Assembly: GCA_963733295.1 (NCBI GenBank)
Contig: CAVTCS010000003.1
Coordinates: 2,272,001 to 2,336,000 of the forward strand
Reading direction: 5' to 3'
From: Vulcanimicrobiota bacterium
GTDB lineage: Bacteria > Vulcanimicrobiota > Vulcanimicrobiia > Vulcanimicrobiales > Vulcanimicrobiaceae
DNA length: 64,000 nucleotides
The position numbers and the translations under genes were made by a program. Below the pieces are notes generated by a model. It did not search any database. It saw only the letters and a program-made list of their open reading frames with translations, and had not been told where the DNA came from. This document shows positions 9,668-19,498 of this stretch, one piece after another. Numbering within the stretch: the first letter of the stretch is position 1; the number at the start of each line of letters is the position of its first letter.

Positions 9668-10164
9668 CGCGTCGCCGATTCCCTCACCGCCTGGTCGGCT
9701 GCGGCCGGCGTCGAGACCGGCTTCAGTTCGAACGGGTCGCCTTCGAGGGCGGCCAAGTAGTCCAGCCCCAGGTCGACCAGTCGCTTCTCGTTGACGTACT
9801 TGAGGGCTTTCTTGGCGGCTTTGATCTCGAACCAGGCGGCTTCGTCGACCTCGTGGTCGTGGTTGGCCGTGTCTCCGGAGAGGTAGCGCATCAGGTAAAA
9901 GTGGACCGATTTCTTGTGCTTGGTCCCGTTGAGATAGAACCAATACGAAATATCGGAAAGCTTCGTGAGGCTTTCGGCCCAACAGCCGGTCTCTTCTCGA
10001 ACCTCGCGCAGAGCCGCCATCTCATGCGTCTCGCGAACTTCGACGTGGCCCTTCGGAAGGGACCAGACGCGAGGAGTACCGCGGCCGATCAGGAGGGCTT
10101 CGATCCCTTGATCCGTCCGGCGCAGAACGAGCCCGCCGGCGGAGACCTCGTACTTGATCCTCAT
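9664..10164 (-). CDS. NUDIX hydrolase (Ap4A hydrolase-like)
   Basis: SAGG and WSLPKGH..E..AALREVREETG Nudix box. Confidence 0.9.
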   Translation of the reverse strand: MRIKYEVSAGGLVLRRTDQGIEALLIGRGTPRVWSLPKGHVEVRETHEMAALREVREETGCWAESLTKLSDISYWFYLNGTKHKKSVHFYLMRYLSGDTANHDHEVDEAAWFEIKAAKKALKYVNEKRLVDLGLDYLAALEGDPFELKPVSTPAAADQAVRESATR

Positions 10165-10404
10165 CTGCCGCTTTCCGGTGGAAAAGCGCCCCCCGTTGGG
10201 AGGCGCCGTTTTCTTCTATTCTAGCAACCCGCCCCAAGAAGAAACCGCCTCGGCGGGTGCGATCGCTCGCTTGGCTTACTAGGCTATAGCAAGCGAACTT
10301 AGGACGTCGCCCGGTAACGTTTTCCGTGCCTCGCGCGTTTCTGGCCGTACCACCGGCAAGCGCAGGGTCGCTGGCTCGCCGGCTTTCTTACCTGGGGGTT
10401 CCGG

Positions 10405-11841
10405 ATGAACCGACGGCTGATCCCGAGCGCCGCTCTCGGCGGCTTCGCACTCCTGACCGCACTTGCGGCCGCCGATACTGCGGAGCGCATAACGACGAAC
10501 GCCGACCGTCAAGCCCTCAACCTCACCGTCTACAACGGCGGGATCGCGCTCGTGCACGACACGCGGCGTCTCGAGTTGCACGGAGGATTAGAGCACATCG
10601 CGTGGCGCGACGTTGGTGCGCAGATTCAACCCGTCACCGCTCTGCTGGAAAGCAAGACAAAACCCGGCTCGGTGCGCGTCGTCGAACAGAATTTCGACTA
10701 CGACGTGCTGCAACCGTCGGCGATCCTCGACAAGTATGTGGGCCGCGAGGTCACCGTGGTCCACGATAAGGCGCTTCCGGGTCAGCCGCAGCAAGAACGC
10801 GCGAAACTGCTCTCGACCTACAACGGCATCGTCTTGCAGTACGCCAACCGGATCGAAACCAGCGTCGACGGACGGATCGTCTTTCCGGCATTACCCTCCG
10901 ACCTGCGCGATCAGCCGACTCTCGTGCTCGATCTCGCCGAAGCCGGTGCCGGCACGCAGGATCTCGACCTCAGCTACATCACCGGCGGCCTGACCTGGCG
11001 CGCAGACTACGTCGGCGTCGTCAACAGTGCCGAGGACCGGCTCAACCTCAACGGCTTGATCACGCTCTCGAACCAGAGCGGCACGTCGTTCAACGACGCG
11101 CGTTTGCAGCTCGTCGCCGGCAACGTCAACATCGTGAACCCGCCGAGCGAAAATCAAATGCGGATTATGGCGAGACCTCAAAGCGGCGCTTTTCAGGGTC
11201 CGCAGCAGATCCAAGAGCAGAGTTACTTTGAGTACCACCTCTACACGCTTTCGCACCCGACCTCAGTGCTCAACAAACAAACCAAGCAAGTCTCACTGTT
11301 GAGCGCGCACGACATCCCGCTGCGCAAGACGCTCGAGATGCGTGGGGGACCCGACTACTACCGCAATGCCGCCAACGGCGATCTCGGCCAACACGTCAAG
11401 CTCGGGGTCTACCTGACCTTCACGAACAAGGGCGGCGACCTCGGGATCCCGCTGCCGGGCGGCATCGTGCGCCTCTACAAGAACGACGAGCAAGGCACGT
11501 CGCAATTCCTCGGTTCGGACAATATCGATCATACGCCGCGCAATGAGGACGTGCGACTGCACGTCGGCGACTCCTTCGATGTGACGGCGAACCGCAAGCA
11601 AACGAACTTCCACATCGCGGGGCCTTATCGCTACGATAGCTCGTACGAGTTCACGATTTCGAACGCGAAGACGGTGCCGCAAGACGTCCTTGTCGTCGAA
11701 CCGATCCCGGCGGAGTGGACGATTCTCTCGGAAAGCTCACCACACGAGAAGAGTTCCAGCAACACGGCGACTTGGCACATTCGCGTTCCCGCCGACGGCA
11801 AGACGACGCTGACCTTCACGGTTGAAGTATGGTTCGTTTAA
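10405..11841 (+). CDS. Secreted DUF4139 domain protein, paralog 1
   Basis: Signal peptide; LTVYN, EQNFDYD, LSYITGGLTWRADY, EYHLY, IDHTP. Confidence 0.8.
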   Translation: MNRRLIPSAALGGFALLTALAAADTAERITTNADRQALNLTVYNGGIALVHDTRRLELHGGLEHIAWRDVGAQIQPVTALLESKTKPGSVRVVEQNFDYDVLQPSAILDKYVGREVTVVHDKALPGQPQQERAKLLSTYNGIVLQYANRIETSVDGRIVFPALPSDLRDQPTLVLDLAEAGAGTQDLDLSYITGGLTWRADYVGVVNSAEDRLNLNGLITLSNQSGTSFNDARLQLVAGNVNIVNPPSENQMRIMARPQSGAFQGPQQIQEQSYFEYHLYTLSHPTSVLNKQTKQVSLLSAHDIPLRKTLEMRGGPDYYRNAANGDLGQHVKLGVYLTFTNKGGDLGIPLPGGIVRLYKNDEQGTSQFLGSDNIDHTPRNEDVRLHVGDSFDVTANRKQTNFHIAGPYRYDSSYEFTISNAKTVPQDVLVVEPIPAEWTILSESSPHEKSSSNTATWHIRVPADGKTTLTFTVEVWFV

Positions 11842-13274
11842 CCGTGCGCGCCGGAGCGGCGCTCGCTCTCTGGGCGGTAACGGTTGCGACGCTTGCGTCA
11901 TCTCCCGGCGGAGCCGACACGGCCGAACGCGTGACGACGGATGCGAGTCGAATCGCGCTCAACCTCACCGTCTACAACGGCGGCCTCGCGCTCGTCCACG
12001 ACACGCGCCGCGTCGATCTCCACGGGGGCCTCGAACACCTCGCCTGGCGCGACGTCGGAGCGCAGATTCAGCCCGAGACCGCGCTGCTCGAGAGCAAGAC
12101 CAAGCCCGGTTCGGTCCGGGTCGTAGAGCAGAACTTCGACTACGACGTGCTTCAACCGGATGCGATCCTAAATAAATATGTCGGACAGGACGTCATCGTG
12201 GTCCACGGCAACGTCCCCGGACTCCCCTACCGTGAAACCGCAAAGCTGCTGTCGACCGACAACGGCGTCGTGTTGCAGTACGCGGACCGCATCGAGACCA
12301 GCGTCGTGGGACGCATCGTCTTCCCGAAACTTCCCGCCGGCCTCCGCGACAAGCCGACGTTGATTCTCGACGTCGACGAAGCGGTCACCGGACCCCAAGA
12401 ACTCGACCTCACCTATATCACCGGCGGGCTCACCTGGCGCGCCGACTACGTCGGCACGGTTTCGCCGGACGAGGGCCGTATGAACCTGAGCGGGCTGGTC
12501 ACGCTCTCGAATCAGAGCGGCACCTCGTTTCCGAACGCGCGCTTGCAGCTCGTCGCCGGGAACGTCAACATCGTCGCGCGTGGAATGCCCACCATACGCG
12601 GCGCAGCAGAAAACGAGAACAACGTTCTTCTCGCAGTCCCCGGAGTCACCGAGCAGAGCTACTTCGAGTACCACCTCTACACACTCGGCCGCCCAACTTC
12701 GGTCCTCAACAATCAGACGAAGCAAGTCTCGCTGCTCGATGCGCACAATATTCCGCTGCGCAAGACGCTCGAGATGCGCGGTGGTCCCCAGTACTATAAC
12801 AATGCGAACCAGGATCTCGGGGAGCACGTCAAGCTCGGCGTCTACCTGACGTTCACGAATAAGAACGGCGACCTCGGCATCGCGATTCCCGCAGGCATCG
12901 TGCGCCTCTACAAAAAGGATGCCGGCGGCACCGCCCAATTCCTCGGCTCCGATTCGATCGACCACACGCCGCGCAACGAGGAGGTCCGGCTGCACGTCGG
13001 CGATTCGTTCGACGTCACCGCGCGCCGCAAACAAACGAACTTCCACATCGTAGGGGGCGGCGTGTACGACAGCTCCTACGAGTTCGTGATTTCGAATGCC
13101 AAAAAGACGGCGCAAGAGGTCGTCGTCGTCGAGCCGATTCCAGCGGAGTGGAAGATCCTAAGCGAAAGCGCGCCTCACACGAAGACGTCGAGCGGGACGG
13201 CTTCCTGGCACTTGCGCGTTCCGGCCGACGGAAAAACGACGCTGACCTTTACTGCCGAAGTCCGTTACTTCTAA
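11829..13274 (+). CDS. Secreted DUF4139 domain protein, paralog 2
   Basis: Same motifs as paralog 1 with long near-identical blocks; start may be GTG 11844. Confidence 0.8.
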   Translation: MVRLTVRAGAALALWAVTVATLASSPGGADTAERVTTDASRIALNLTVYNGGLALVHDTRRVDLHGGLEHLAWRDVGAQIQPETALLESKTKPGSVRVVEQNFDYDVLQPDAILNKYVGQDVIVVHGNVPGLPYRETAKLLSTDNGVVLQYADRIETSVVGRIVFPKLPAGLRDKPTLILDVDEAVTGPQELDLTYITGGLTWRADYVGTVSPDEGRMNLSGLVTLSNQSGTSFPNARLQLVAGNVNIVARGMPTIRGAAENENNVLLAVPGVTEQSYFEYHLYTLGRPTSVLNNQTKQVSLLDAHNIPLRKTLEMRGGPQYYNNANQDLGEHVKLGVYLTFTNKNGDLGIAIPAGIVRLYKKDAGGTAQFLGSDSIDHTPRNEEVRLHVGDSFDVTARRKQTNFHIVGGGVYDSSYEFVISNAKKTAQEVVVVEPIPAEWKILSESAPHTKTSSGTASWHLRVPADGKTTLTFTAEVRYF

Positions 13275-13906
13275 AGTGCCGCCGTCGAGCCCGACGGCTC
13301 CGTCAACGCACTCCGGTGGATTCCAGGGCGATACCCCACTGCCAGAATCGCGACGATCGAGGAAGGCGTCAGCACCTCGGCTTCGCGGCGCGCCGGGCGC
13401 GCGACCCGGTTGCGGTAGCCGTCGCCGGACCACTCCCACAGTGCGTTCTCCCAGACGAGCCAAGCGCTTCCGTCGAGAACGACATAGGTTCCGTCCGGTA
13501 GGGCGGCGATGTCGGCGCGATACGTGCGTTTGCGCTTGCCCTCAAGCCGCTCGGCGTGAAGCTTCGCATCCATGACGTCGGCGCTCGCTGCAGCGCCGAA
13601 GCTGTTCTCCCACAGCGCGCGAAAGCGCTGATAGTCGGGGTAGCGGCATTCCCCGCAAGGACGATGGCCCGCGCTGAGCGCCGTCGCCTCGTCGAGAAAG
13701 AACAACTCGGTCCACCGGCGCGGTCGCATGATTTGCCGATGCCGTCCACGGAATTCGAGACGGCACGCGATCCAGCGCCGAACCTGCGAATGGCGCACGA
13801 TTCGGCGCGCATCGTCGTGCAAAACGCCGCGGTTGCCGATGACGAGCCCGCGTCCTTGGAGCGCCACGATCTCACCAAACGGCGTAACCCGATTTTGCAG
13901 CGGCAC
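13271..13906 (-). CDS. Conserved hypothetical protein with Ada-like AGHRPCxxC metal-binding motif
   Basis: LQNRVTPFG, GNRG, TELFFLDEATALSAGHRPCGECR. Confidence 0.7.
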   Translation of the reverse strand: MPLQNRVTPFGEIVALQGRGLVIGNRGVLHDDARRIVRHSQVRRWIACRLEFRGRHRQIMRPRRWTELFFLDEATALSAGHRPCGECRYPDYQRFRALWENSFGAAASADVMDAKLHAERLEGKRKRTYRADIAALPDGTYVVLDGSAWLVWENALWEWSGDGYRNRVARPARREAEVLTPSSIVAILAVGYRPGIHRSALTEPSGSTAAL

Positions 13907-13924
13907 GAAACGGTCTGGCTGACT

Positions 13925-15397
13925 CTAGGAGCGTCCGGAGACGGGAAAGCGCGGCAAATTCTGGGGCATTTGGCGCGGGACGGATTCGGAGTTCGGAAGC
14001 ACGGCCGGCACCCAAACGGAAATGCCGTCGCGGTCGGTAAAGGTTACTCCGCAATCGTACCCGGTATTCGAAGTTGCGGTGACTACGAACGTACCGGGAA
14101 ATCTCGAGGATACGACCGTCAGGGGACAGCTCGCCGGAACGCTGCTCGTGAATATCTGCGGGGGATAGTTTGTTTCACGAACCGACACGACGGCGAATTG
14201 GCCGCTGCTAAGCGTCAGCTGTAGGGGACGTGCGCTCAGGATGCGGTTCGAGCGCAGTGACACCAACGTACTCGGAGGGTTGCGCGGGTTTGAGATTCCC
14301 GCCCACAACGTCCCATCGGATGCTGCAGCGAGCGTCGTGAGAGCGGGCCTGACAGTACCGGCCGGACTCGGCACGGCGTATGCGGACCACTGTCCCGAAC
14401 TGGCCATACGCATGAAGTACACGACGCCTATGTTCGAGTTGAAACTGAGTGACCACAGCGCGTCGGGCGTCGTGGCGATCAGGTCTAAGTCGAACGCAAG
14501 GAGCGGCCATGGGTAGAACGCTTCCACCGCTCCGGTGTAAGCGATTTGGTACGCACCCGCCGGGGAAATCGTACTCGCCCAGAGGCTCGTCTGCGACGCC
14601 GCAAGCCCCTGGACGTACGGAGCCACGGGGAATTCGCGCGATCCCGCTGGACCAATTTGACCGATCGCGTTCGAACCTTGGTACCACGTGTTCCCGTCAG
14701 CGCCGGCGACGAGACCAGAAAAAGGCGAAAAATAATACGGCGTCTGACTGATTGGATACGTTGTGAAAGACGGGTACCTCAGGAACGGAAACGGCACCGC
14801 TACTACGAGCTCTTGCGCCGACGTCGATGACGGAAGAGTGTGCGCGTAGCTGAGAATTTCCGGCGGAGAGGATCGTGATGCGATGCTCAAGGCGAAAGGC
14901 TCGAGCGTCATTCTCGACGAGTAGAGTGGATCGCCGGGATTGCCCGCAGCGTACTCCGTTATCTGCGAGGGATGATCGATGTCGATGACCCCGAGCCCAA
15001 ACTCGCCGTAGGCAAACGTAGCCGGGCTGTACGTCAACCAGTTGAAGGCCAGCTGCCTAGGAGCTCCGATCGCCGCAGGCGCGTTCGTGAGAGCGATCGA
15101 CATCGTTGGTTGGGAACCGCCTAATCCGCCGGCTGTCCCGTAGCCGTTGAAATTCGGCAGCGGGAAATACGTCGTCGTCCCACTGGGGGTGAGACGCACG
15201 ATGTACCCCGTTCCACCGCTAACGGCCGGAAAGTCTGAAAACCAAAGATTGCCGTCGGGCCCGGTTATAAGCGAAAACGGGTACGTGACGTTCGGCAAGT
15301 AAATCGTGGTCGACCAAATTCCATTCGCGGCATGCGCGGGCGACGCGGAGAGAAGCAGAGATGAGGCGAGAACGGCCGTTCGAAATCGAGCCAGCAT
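13925..15397 (-). CDS. Secreted Vgb-like beta-propeller protein
   Basis: Signal peptide ending AHA; repeats GPDGNLWF, GADGNTWY, SDGTLWA; GGAG SD. Confidence 0.7.
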   Translation of the reverse strand: MLARFRTAVLASSLLLSASPAHAANGIWSTTIYLPNVTYPFSLITGPDGNLWFSDFPAVSGGTGYIVRLTPSGTTTYFPLPNFNGYGTAGGLGGSQPTMSIALTNAPAAIGAPRQLAFNWLTYSPATFAYGEFGLGVIDIDHPSQITEYAAGNPGDPLYSSRMTLEPFALSIASRSSPPEILSYAHTLPSSTSAQELVVAVPFPFLRYPSFTTYPISQTPYYFSPFSGLVAGADGNTWYQGSNAIGQIGPAGSREFPVAPYVQGLAASQTSLWASTISPAGAYQIAYTGAVEAFYPWPLLAFDLDLIATTPDALWSLSFNSNIGVVYFMRMASSGQWSAYAVPSPAGTVRPALTTLAAASDGTLWAGISNPRNPPSTLVSLRSNRILSARPLQLTLSSGQFAVVSVRETNYPPQIFTSSVPASCPLTVVSSRFPGTFVVTATSNTGYDCGVTFTDRDGISVWVPAVLPNSESVPRQMPQNLPRFPVSGRS

Positions 15398-15424
15398 GGG
15401 CTTCTCCTGCCGTGGAACGATCCC

Positions 15425-15433
15425 ATTATAACA
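15425..15433 (-). promoter_or_regulatory. Extended -10 promoter (TGtTATAAT) for the beta-propeller gene
   Basis: Consensus TGnTATAAT 27 nt upstream of ATG. Confidence 0.6.
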
Positions 15434-15472
15434 TGCGCAACTGACCCGCGGCTCGCGTTCGGCGTGTCGATG

Positions 15473-15832
15473 CTAGGAGTGATTCGCTCCGGTCGCGGCG
15501 TCATCCGCGGCCGCGGGGACGTTGAACGTTCCTTCGACGAGCTTCACGAAATTGCGCTCCTCGCGCAAGATGAGGCGCTTGGTTTGCGCAAATTCGAAAT
15601 TCTCCCGCGCTCGCGGATCGCGTGCCAATCGCACGCGGTAGGCTTCGTACGAAGCGAGACCTTCGAACCCGATCAAGCCCCACGCGACGTCGTTCGTCCC
15701 TTCGGAGGGGAGAAAGTACCCGATGAGGTGGCCGCCGTTCGCGGGGATGAGCGAGCCCCAGGTCCGGGCGTACTGCTCGAACTCGTTCCGTTGGAACGGG
15801 TCGATTTGGTAACGGATGATGCAGACCAGCAT
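15473..15832 (-). CDS. NIPSNAP family protein
   Basis: [37 protein letters not shown]. Confidence 0.85.
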   Translation of the reverse strand: MLVCIIRYQIDPFQRNEFEQYARTWGSLIPANGGHLIGYFLPSEGTNDVAWGLIGFEGLASYEAYRVRLARDPRARENFEFAQTKRLILREERNFVKLVEGTFNVPAAADDAATGANHS

Positions 15833-15883
15833 ATCCCTAGTCTAACCCGTCCGGAACATGTATACTTCGTCCGGGATGAAACT

Positions 15884-16651
15884 ATGAATGTCGAGGACCA
15901 AGCCGACGTCGCCGCCTCGAGAATAGCCGCTGCCATCGGGGAGCCGGCGCGAGCGCGCATGCTGTATTCGCTCATGGACGGGCGGGCGCGCACCAGCACC
16001 GAGCTGGCCGTCATCGCCGAGGTGAGCCCGTCGACCGCAAGCATCCATCTGCAGCGGCTGACTTCGGAGCGCCTCGTCGCGGTCGCCGTTCAGGGAAGAT
16101 ATCGCTACTATACCCTGCGCGCACCGGCGGTCGCGCGAGTGCTCGAGGGTCTCAACGTTCTCGGGGGTGGTCAACGCGACAAGTTCGTTCCGACCACGCC
16201 GGACCGGCTGCGCGCGGCGCGCACGTGCTACGACCACATGGCCGGCACTGCCGCCGTAGCCTTGCACGACCGGTTCATCGCACTCGGTTGGCTCGCCGCC
16301 GTGCTGAAGAACGACACCGCCTACGCCCTCACCGCAAAGGGTAGCAAGGCGCTCGAATCGCTCGGAATCGACGTCGGCGCCGCACGGGCGCTACGCCGGC
16401 GCTTCGCTTACGGATGCTTGGATTGGAGCGAACGCCGTCCGCACATCGGCGGAGCAATCGGCGCCGCGCTGCTCGAGTCGTTCCAGCGAAAACGCTGGGT
16501 CTCGCAAGACTTCGATAGCCGCGCGCTTTCGCTCACGGCAGCCGGGCGGCGCGAATTCAGAGCCCGCTTCGGCGTTTCTCTGGAGACTCCGAGCGACGAA
16601 GCTTCAGTTCACTCCGCCGCGGCGGGAGGGTACCAGCGCAAGTCGGGCTGA
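15884..16651 (+). CDS. ArsR/SmtB-type winged-helix transcriptional regulator
   Basis: EPARARML..LMDG, STAS.HL..L, QGRYRYY, ARTCYDH.AG, CLDWSERRPH; divergent from NIPSNAP, with an imperfect palindrome (TTCGTCC-G-GGATGAA) just upstream. Confidence 0.85.
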   Translation: MNVEDQADVAASRIAAAIGEPARARMLYSLMDGRARTSTELAVIAEVSPSTASIHLQRLTSERLVAVAVQGRYRYYTLRAPAVARVLEGLNVLGGGQRDKFVPTTPDRLRAARTCYDHMAGTAAVALHDRFIALGWLAAVLKNDTAYALTAKGSKALESLGIDVGAARALRRRFAYGCLDWSERRPHIGGAIGAALLESFQRKRWVSQDFDSRALSLTAAGRREFRARFGVSLETPSDEASVHSAAAGGYQRKSG

Positions 16652-18063
16652 CGGGCGGCGCGCGTCTCGTCGATCCGCCCGACGACCGTATTGACCGGCG
16701 CGGCCAGGATTTCTTCGGGATTGCGCTTCGCGGTTTCGACGATCTCCCGCAGCGCGGCGACGAACCCGTCGAGCGTTTCCTTCGACTCGGTTTCCGTCGG
16801 CTCGATCATCAGACATTCGGGAACGAGCAACGGAAAATAGATCGTCGGCGCGTGATACCCGCGATCGAGTAACGCCTTGGCGATGTCGAGTGCGCGCACG
16901 CCGGTCTCGCGCTTGAGCTCTTGGGCCGACGCGACGAACTCGTGCCGGCACGTCTCGTCGTAGGGAGTCGTCAAGAATTCCTTGACCTGAGCGCGCAGGT
17001 AGTTCGCGTTGAGGACTGCGAGTTGCGAAACGCGCGTTAGCCCTTCGCCGCCGTTGGCGTAGATATAGGTCAAGGCGCGCACCATGTGCGCGAAGTTCGA
17101 CCAGAACGAGCGCATCGTTCCGATCGAATCGGGCACGTTGAAATCGAGCGAATACACCCCGTCCGACTCGCGCACGACCGGAACCGGCAAGAACTCGACG
17201 AGCCGTTCCGCCACTCCGATCGGACCGGCGCCTGCGCCGCCCCCGCCGTGCGGGATCGAGAACGTCTTGTGCAAGTTGAGATGCATGAGATCGAAACCCA
17301 TGTCGCCCGGCCGCGAATTGCCCATGAGCGCGTTCGCGTTCGCTCCGTCGTAGTACATCAGACCGCCGGCCGCGTGAACCGCCTGTGCGATCTCGTGGAT
17401 GTGATCCTCGAACAAACCCAGCGTGTTGGGGTTGGTCATCATGCAGACGGCCGTATCGGCTCCGAGCACGGCCTTGATGTCGTCGACGCCGACGCGGCCG
17501 CGCTCGTCGCTGCGCAGGGACAGAACCTTATAACCCACCATTGCCGCGGACGCGGGGTTCGTACCGTGCGCCGAATCGGGCACGATCACCGTGGTGCGCC
17601 GCGCGCCCTCAGCCGTTTTCGCGAAGTAAGCTTTTGCAATCAGCAGCGCGGTGAGCTCGGCGTGAGCGCCCGCGGCGGGGTTCAGCGAAAAGCGGGCCAT
17701 CCCGAAGATTCCCGACAGCAGGCGTTCCAGATCGTACATGACGGCGAGCGCGCCCTGAGCGAGTGCATCGGGCGCGAAAGGATGCAGGTCGCGAAAGCCC
17801 GGCAGTGAGGCCATCGCGTCGTTGATGCGCGGGTTGTACTTCATCGTGCACGAGCCGAGCGGATAGAAACCGGTGTCGATCGAGAACGTTCGCTGCGAGA
17901 GCCGCGTGAAGTGCCTGATGACGTCGAGCTCGCTGTTGTCCGGCAAGGGCAGCTCGGCGCGCAGTTGTTCGCGCGGCACGAAATCCGAAGCCGCGTGACC
18001 GTTCCCGAAGTACGCGTTGGCTCGTCCTTTGCGACCGAGCTCGAAAATCAGCGCTTCAGCCAC
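16609..18063 (-). CDS. gcvPB: Glycine dehydrogenase (decarboxylating) subunit 2
   Basis: YPLGSCTMKYNP, AGAHAE, SAHGTNPASA, HLNLHKTF..PHGGGG, EPTETES. Confidence 0.95.
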   Translation of the reverse strand: MAEALIFELGRKGRANAYFGNGHAASDFVPREQLRAELPLPDNSELDVIRHFTRLSQRTFSIDTGFYPLGSCTMKYNPRINDAMASLPGFRDLHPFAPDALAQGALAVMYDLERLLSGIFGMARFSLNPAAGAHAELTALLIAKAYFAKTAEGARRTTVIVPDSAHGTNPASAAMVGYKVLSLRSDERGRVGVDDIKAVLGADTAVCMMTNPNTLGLFEDHIHEIAQAVHAAGGLMYYDGANANALMGNSRPGDMGFDLMHLNLHKTFSIPHGGGGAGAGPIGVAERLVEFLPVPVVRESDGVYSLDFNVPDSIGTMRSFWSNFAHMVRALTYIYANGGEGLTRVSQLAVLNANYLRAQVKEFLTTPYDETCRHEFVASAQELKRETGVRALDIAKALLDRGYHAPTIYFPLLVPECLMIEPTETESKETLDGFVAALREIVETAKRNPEEILAAPVNTVVGRIDETRAARQPDLRWYPPAAAE

Positions 18064-19435
18064 GGGCCGCACCCGCCGGAACGCGCGCCGCTGCAATCTC
18101 GCCGAGCGCGGAAGCGAGAGCGTCGATATCGGCGTCGCTCGTCAGCTCGGTCGCGTTCATCAAGATGCAGTCGGCGAGCTCGGGGTACCAGCGCCCGAGA
18201 TCGACGCCGCCTAAGATATTGCGGGCCTGCAGCTCGCGCAACACGCTCGCGGCATTCATGGGCTTGGGAACCCGCAGCGCGAACTCGTTGAAAACCGGCG
18301 CGGCGAAGGCTCGTTCGAAGCCGGGCACCGCGCTCGCGCGCGCCGCGAGCCGATTCGTGCGCTCGAGGTTGAGGGCCGCGCAGCGTTCGAGGCCCGTAGC
18401 ACCGAGGGCGGCGAGGTAGATCGTAGCCACCAGCGCGCAGTGAGCTTGGTTGGTGCAGATGTTCGAGGTCGCTTTTTCGCGCCTGATGTGCTGCTCGCGC
18501 GCTTGCAGTGTCAGCACGTATGCGGTATTCCCGCGATTGTCGAGCGTGCGGCCGACGAGGCGCCCGGGCATGCGCCGCACGTGCTCGTTCGTCGACGCGA
18601 CGAATCCGGCGTAGGGACCGCCGAAAGCGAGCGGATTCCCAAAGGACTGCGCTTCGCCGACCGCGATCTGGGCCCAACTGCCGGGCGCTTGCAGCGCGGC
18701 CAGCGAGAGGGCCTCCGCGACGACTGCGATCGGCACCGTGCCCGACGACGCGAAGAGCGCTCGAGCGCTTTCGCCGGGGACGTCGATCGCTCCGAAAAAG
18801 TTCGGCGACTGGAGTGCGACCGCGGCAAAGCGTCCGTCGGCCAAGCGCGCGTCGAGCGTGCGCAGATCGGTCGTGCCGTCGGCGGCGAGCGGAAGCTCTT
18901 CGACATCGACCTCCATTCCGGCAGCGTAGGTTCGCAGCACCGCGCGGTAGTTGGGATGGATCGCCGACGAAACCAGAATCGCTCGACGGCCGGTCGCGTT
19001 GACCGCCATGATGGCGGCTTCCGCGAGCGCGGTCGCGCCGTCGTAGACCGAGGCGTTCGCAATGTCGAGGCCCGTCAGAAGGCAGACGTACGTCTGCCAC
19101 TCGTAAATCGCTTGCAGTAAGCCTTGCGAAACCTCCGCCTGATAGGGCGTGTAGGCGGTGAGAAATTCGCCGCGCATCGCGAGCGACATGACCACGGGAG
19201 GAACGTAGTGGCGGTACGCACCGGCCCCGAGAAACGAGCGACAGGCGAGCGCGCCGTTACGCGAAGCATATTCCGCCATCTTCCGGGCGAGTTCGATTTC
19301 GGGCAGCCCGGGCGGGATCTCGAGCGGCGACTTTAGGGCGACGGCATCCGGAACTCGAACGAGCTCCTCGAGCGACGGCGCACCGGTAACGGCCAGCATC
19401 GCGGCGATGTCGGACTCGGTGTGAGGCGTGTACAT
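18056..19435 (-). CDS. gcvPA: Glycine dehydrogenase (decarboxylating) subunit 1
   Basis: FLGAGAY.H, EFLTAYTPYQ.E.SQG, NASVYDG, REQHIRREKATSNICTN. Confidence 0.95.
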   Translation of the reverse strand: MYTPHTESDIAAMLAVTGAPSLEELVRVPDAVALKSPLEIPPGLPEIELARKMAEYASRNGALACRSFLGAGAYRHYVPPVVMSLAMRGEFLTAYTPYQAEVSQGLLQAIYEWQTYVCLLTGLDIANASVYDGATALAEAAIMAVNATGRRAILVSSAIHPNYRAVLRTYAAGMEVDVEELPLAADGTTDLRTLDARLADGRFAAVALQSPNFFGAIDVPGESARALFASSGTVPIAVVAEALSLAALQAPGSWAQIAVGEAQSFGNPLAFGGPYAGFVASTNEHVRRMPGRLVGRTLDNRGNTAYVLTLQAREQHIRREKATSNICTNQAHCALVATIYLAALGATGLERCAALNLERTNRLAARASAVPGFERAFAAPVFNEFALRVPKPMNAASVLRELQARNILGGVDLGRWYPELADCILMNATELTSDADIDALASALGEIAAARVPAGAARG

Positions 19436-19498
19436 GTCAGCCTTCGCTTCGACTCCACGAGGGCTGCCGTTGGTTGCGCGACGGACGCGCCGCAGCGT

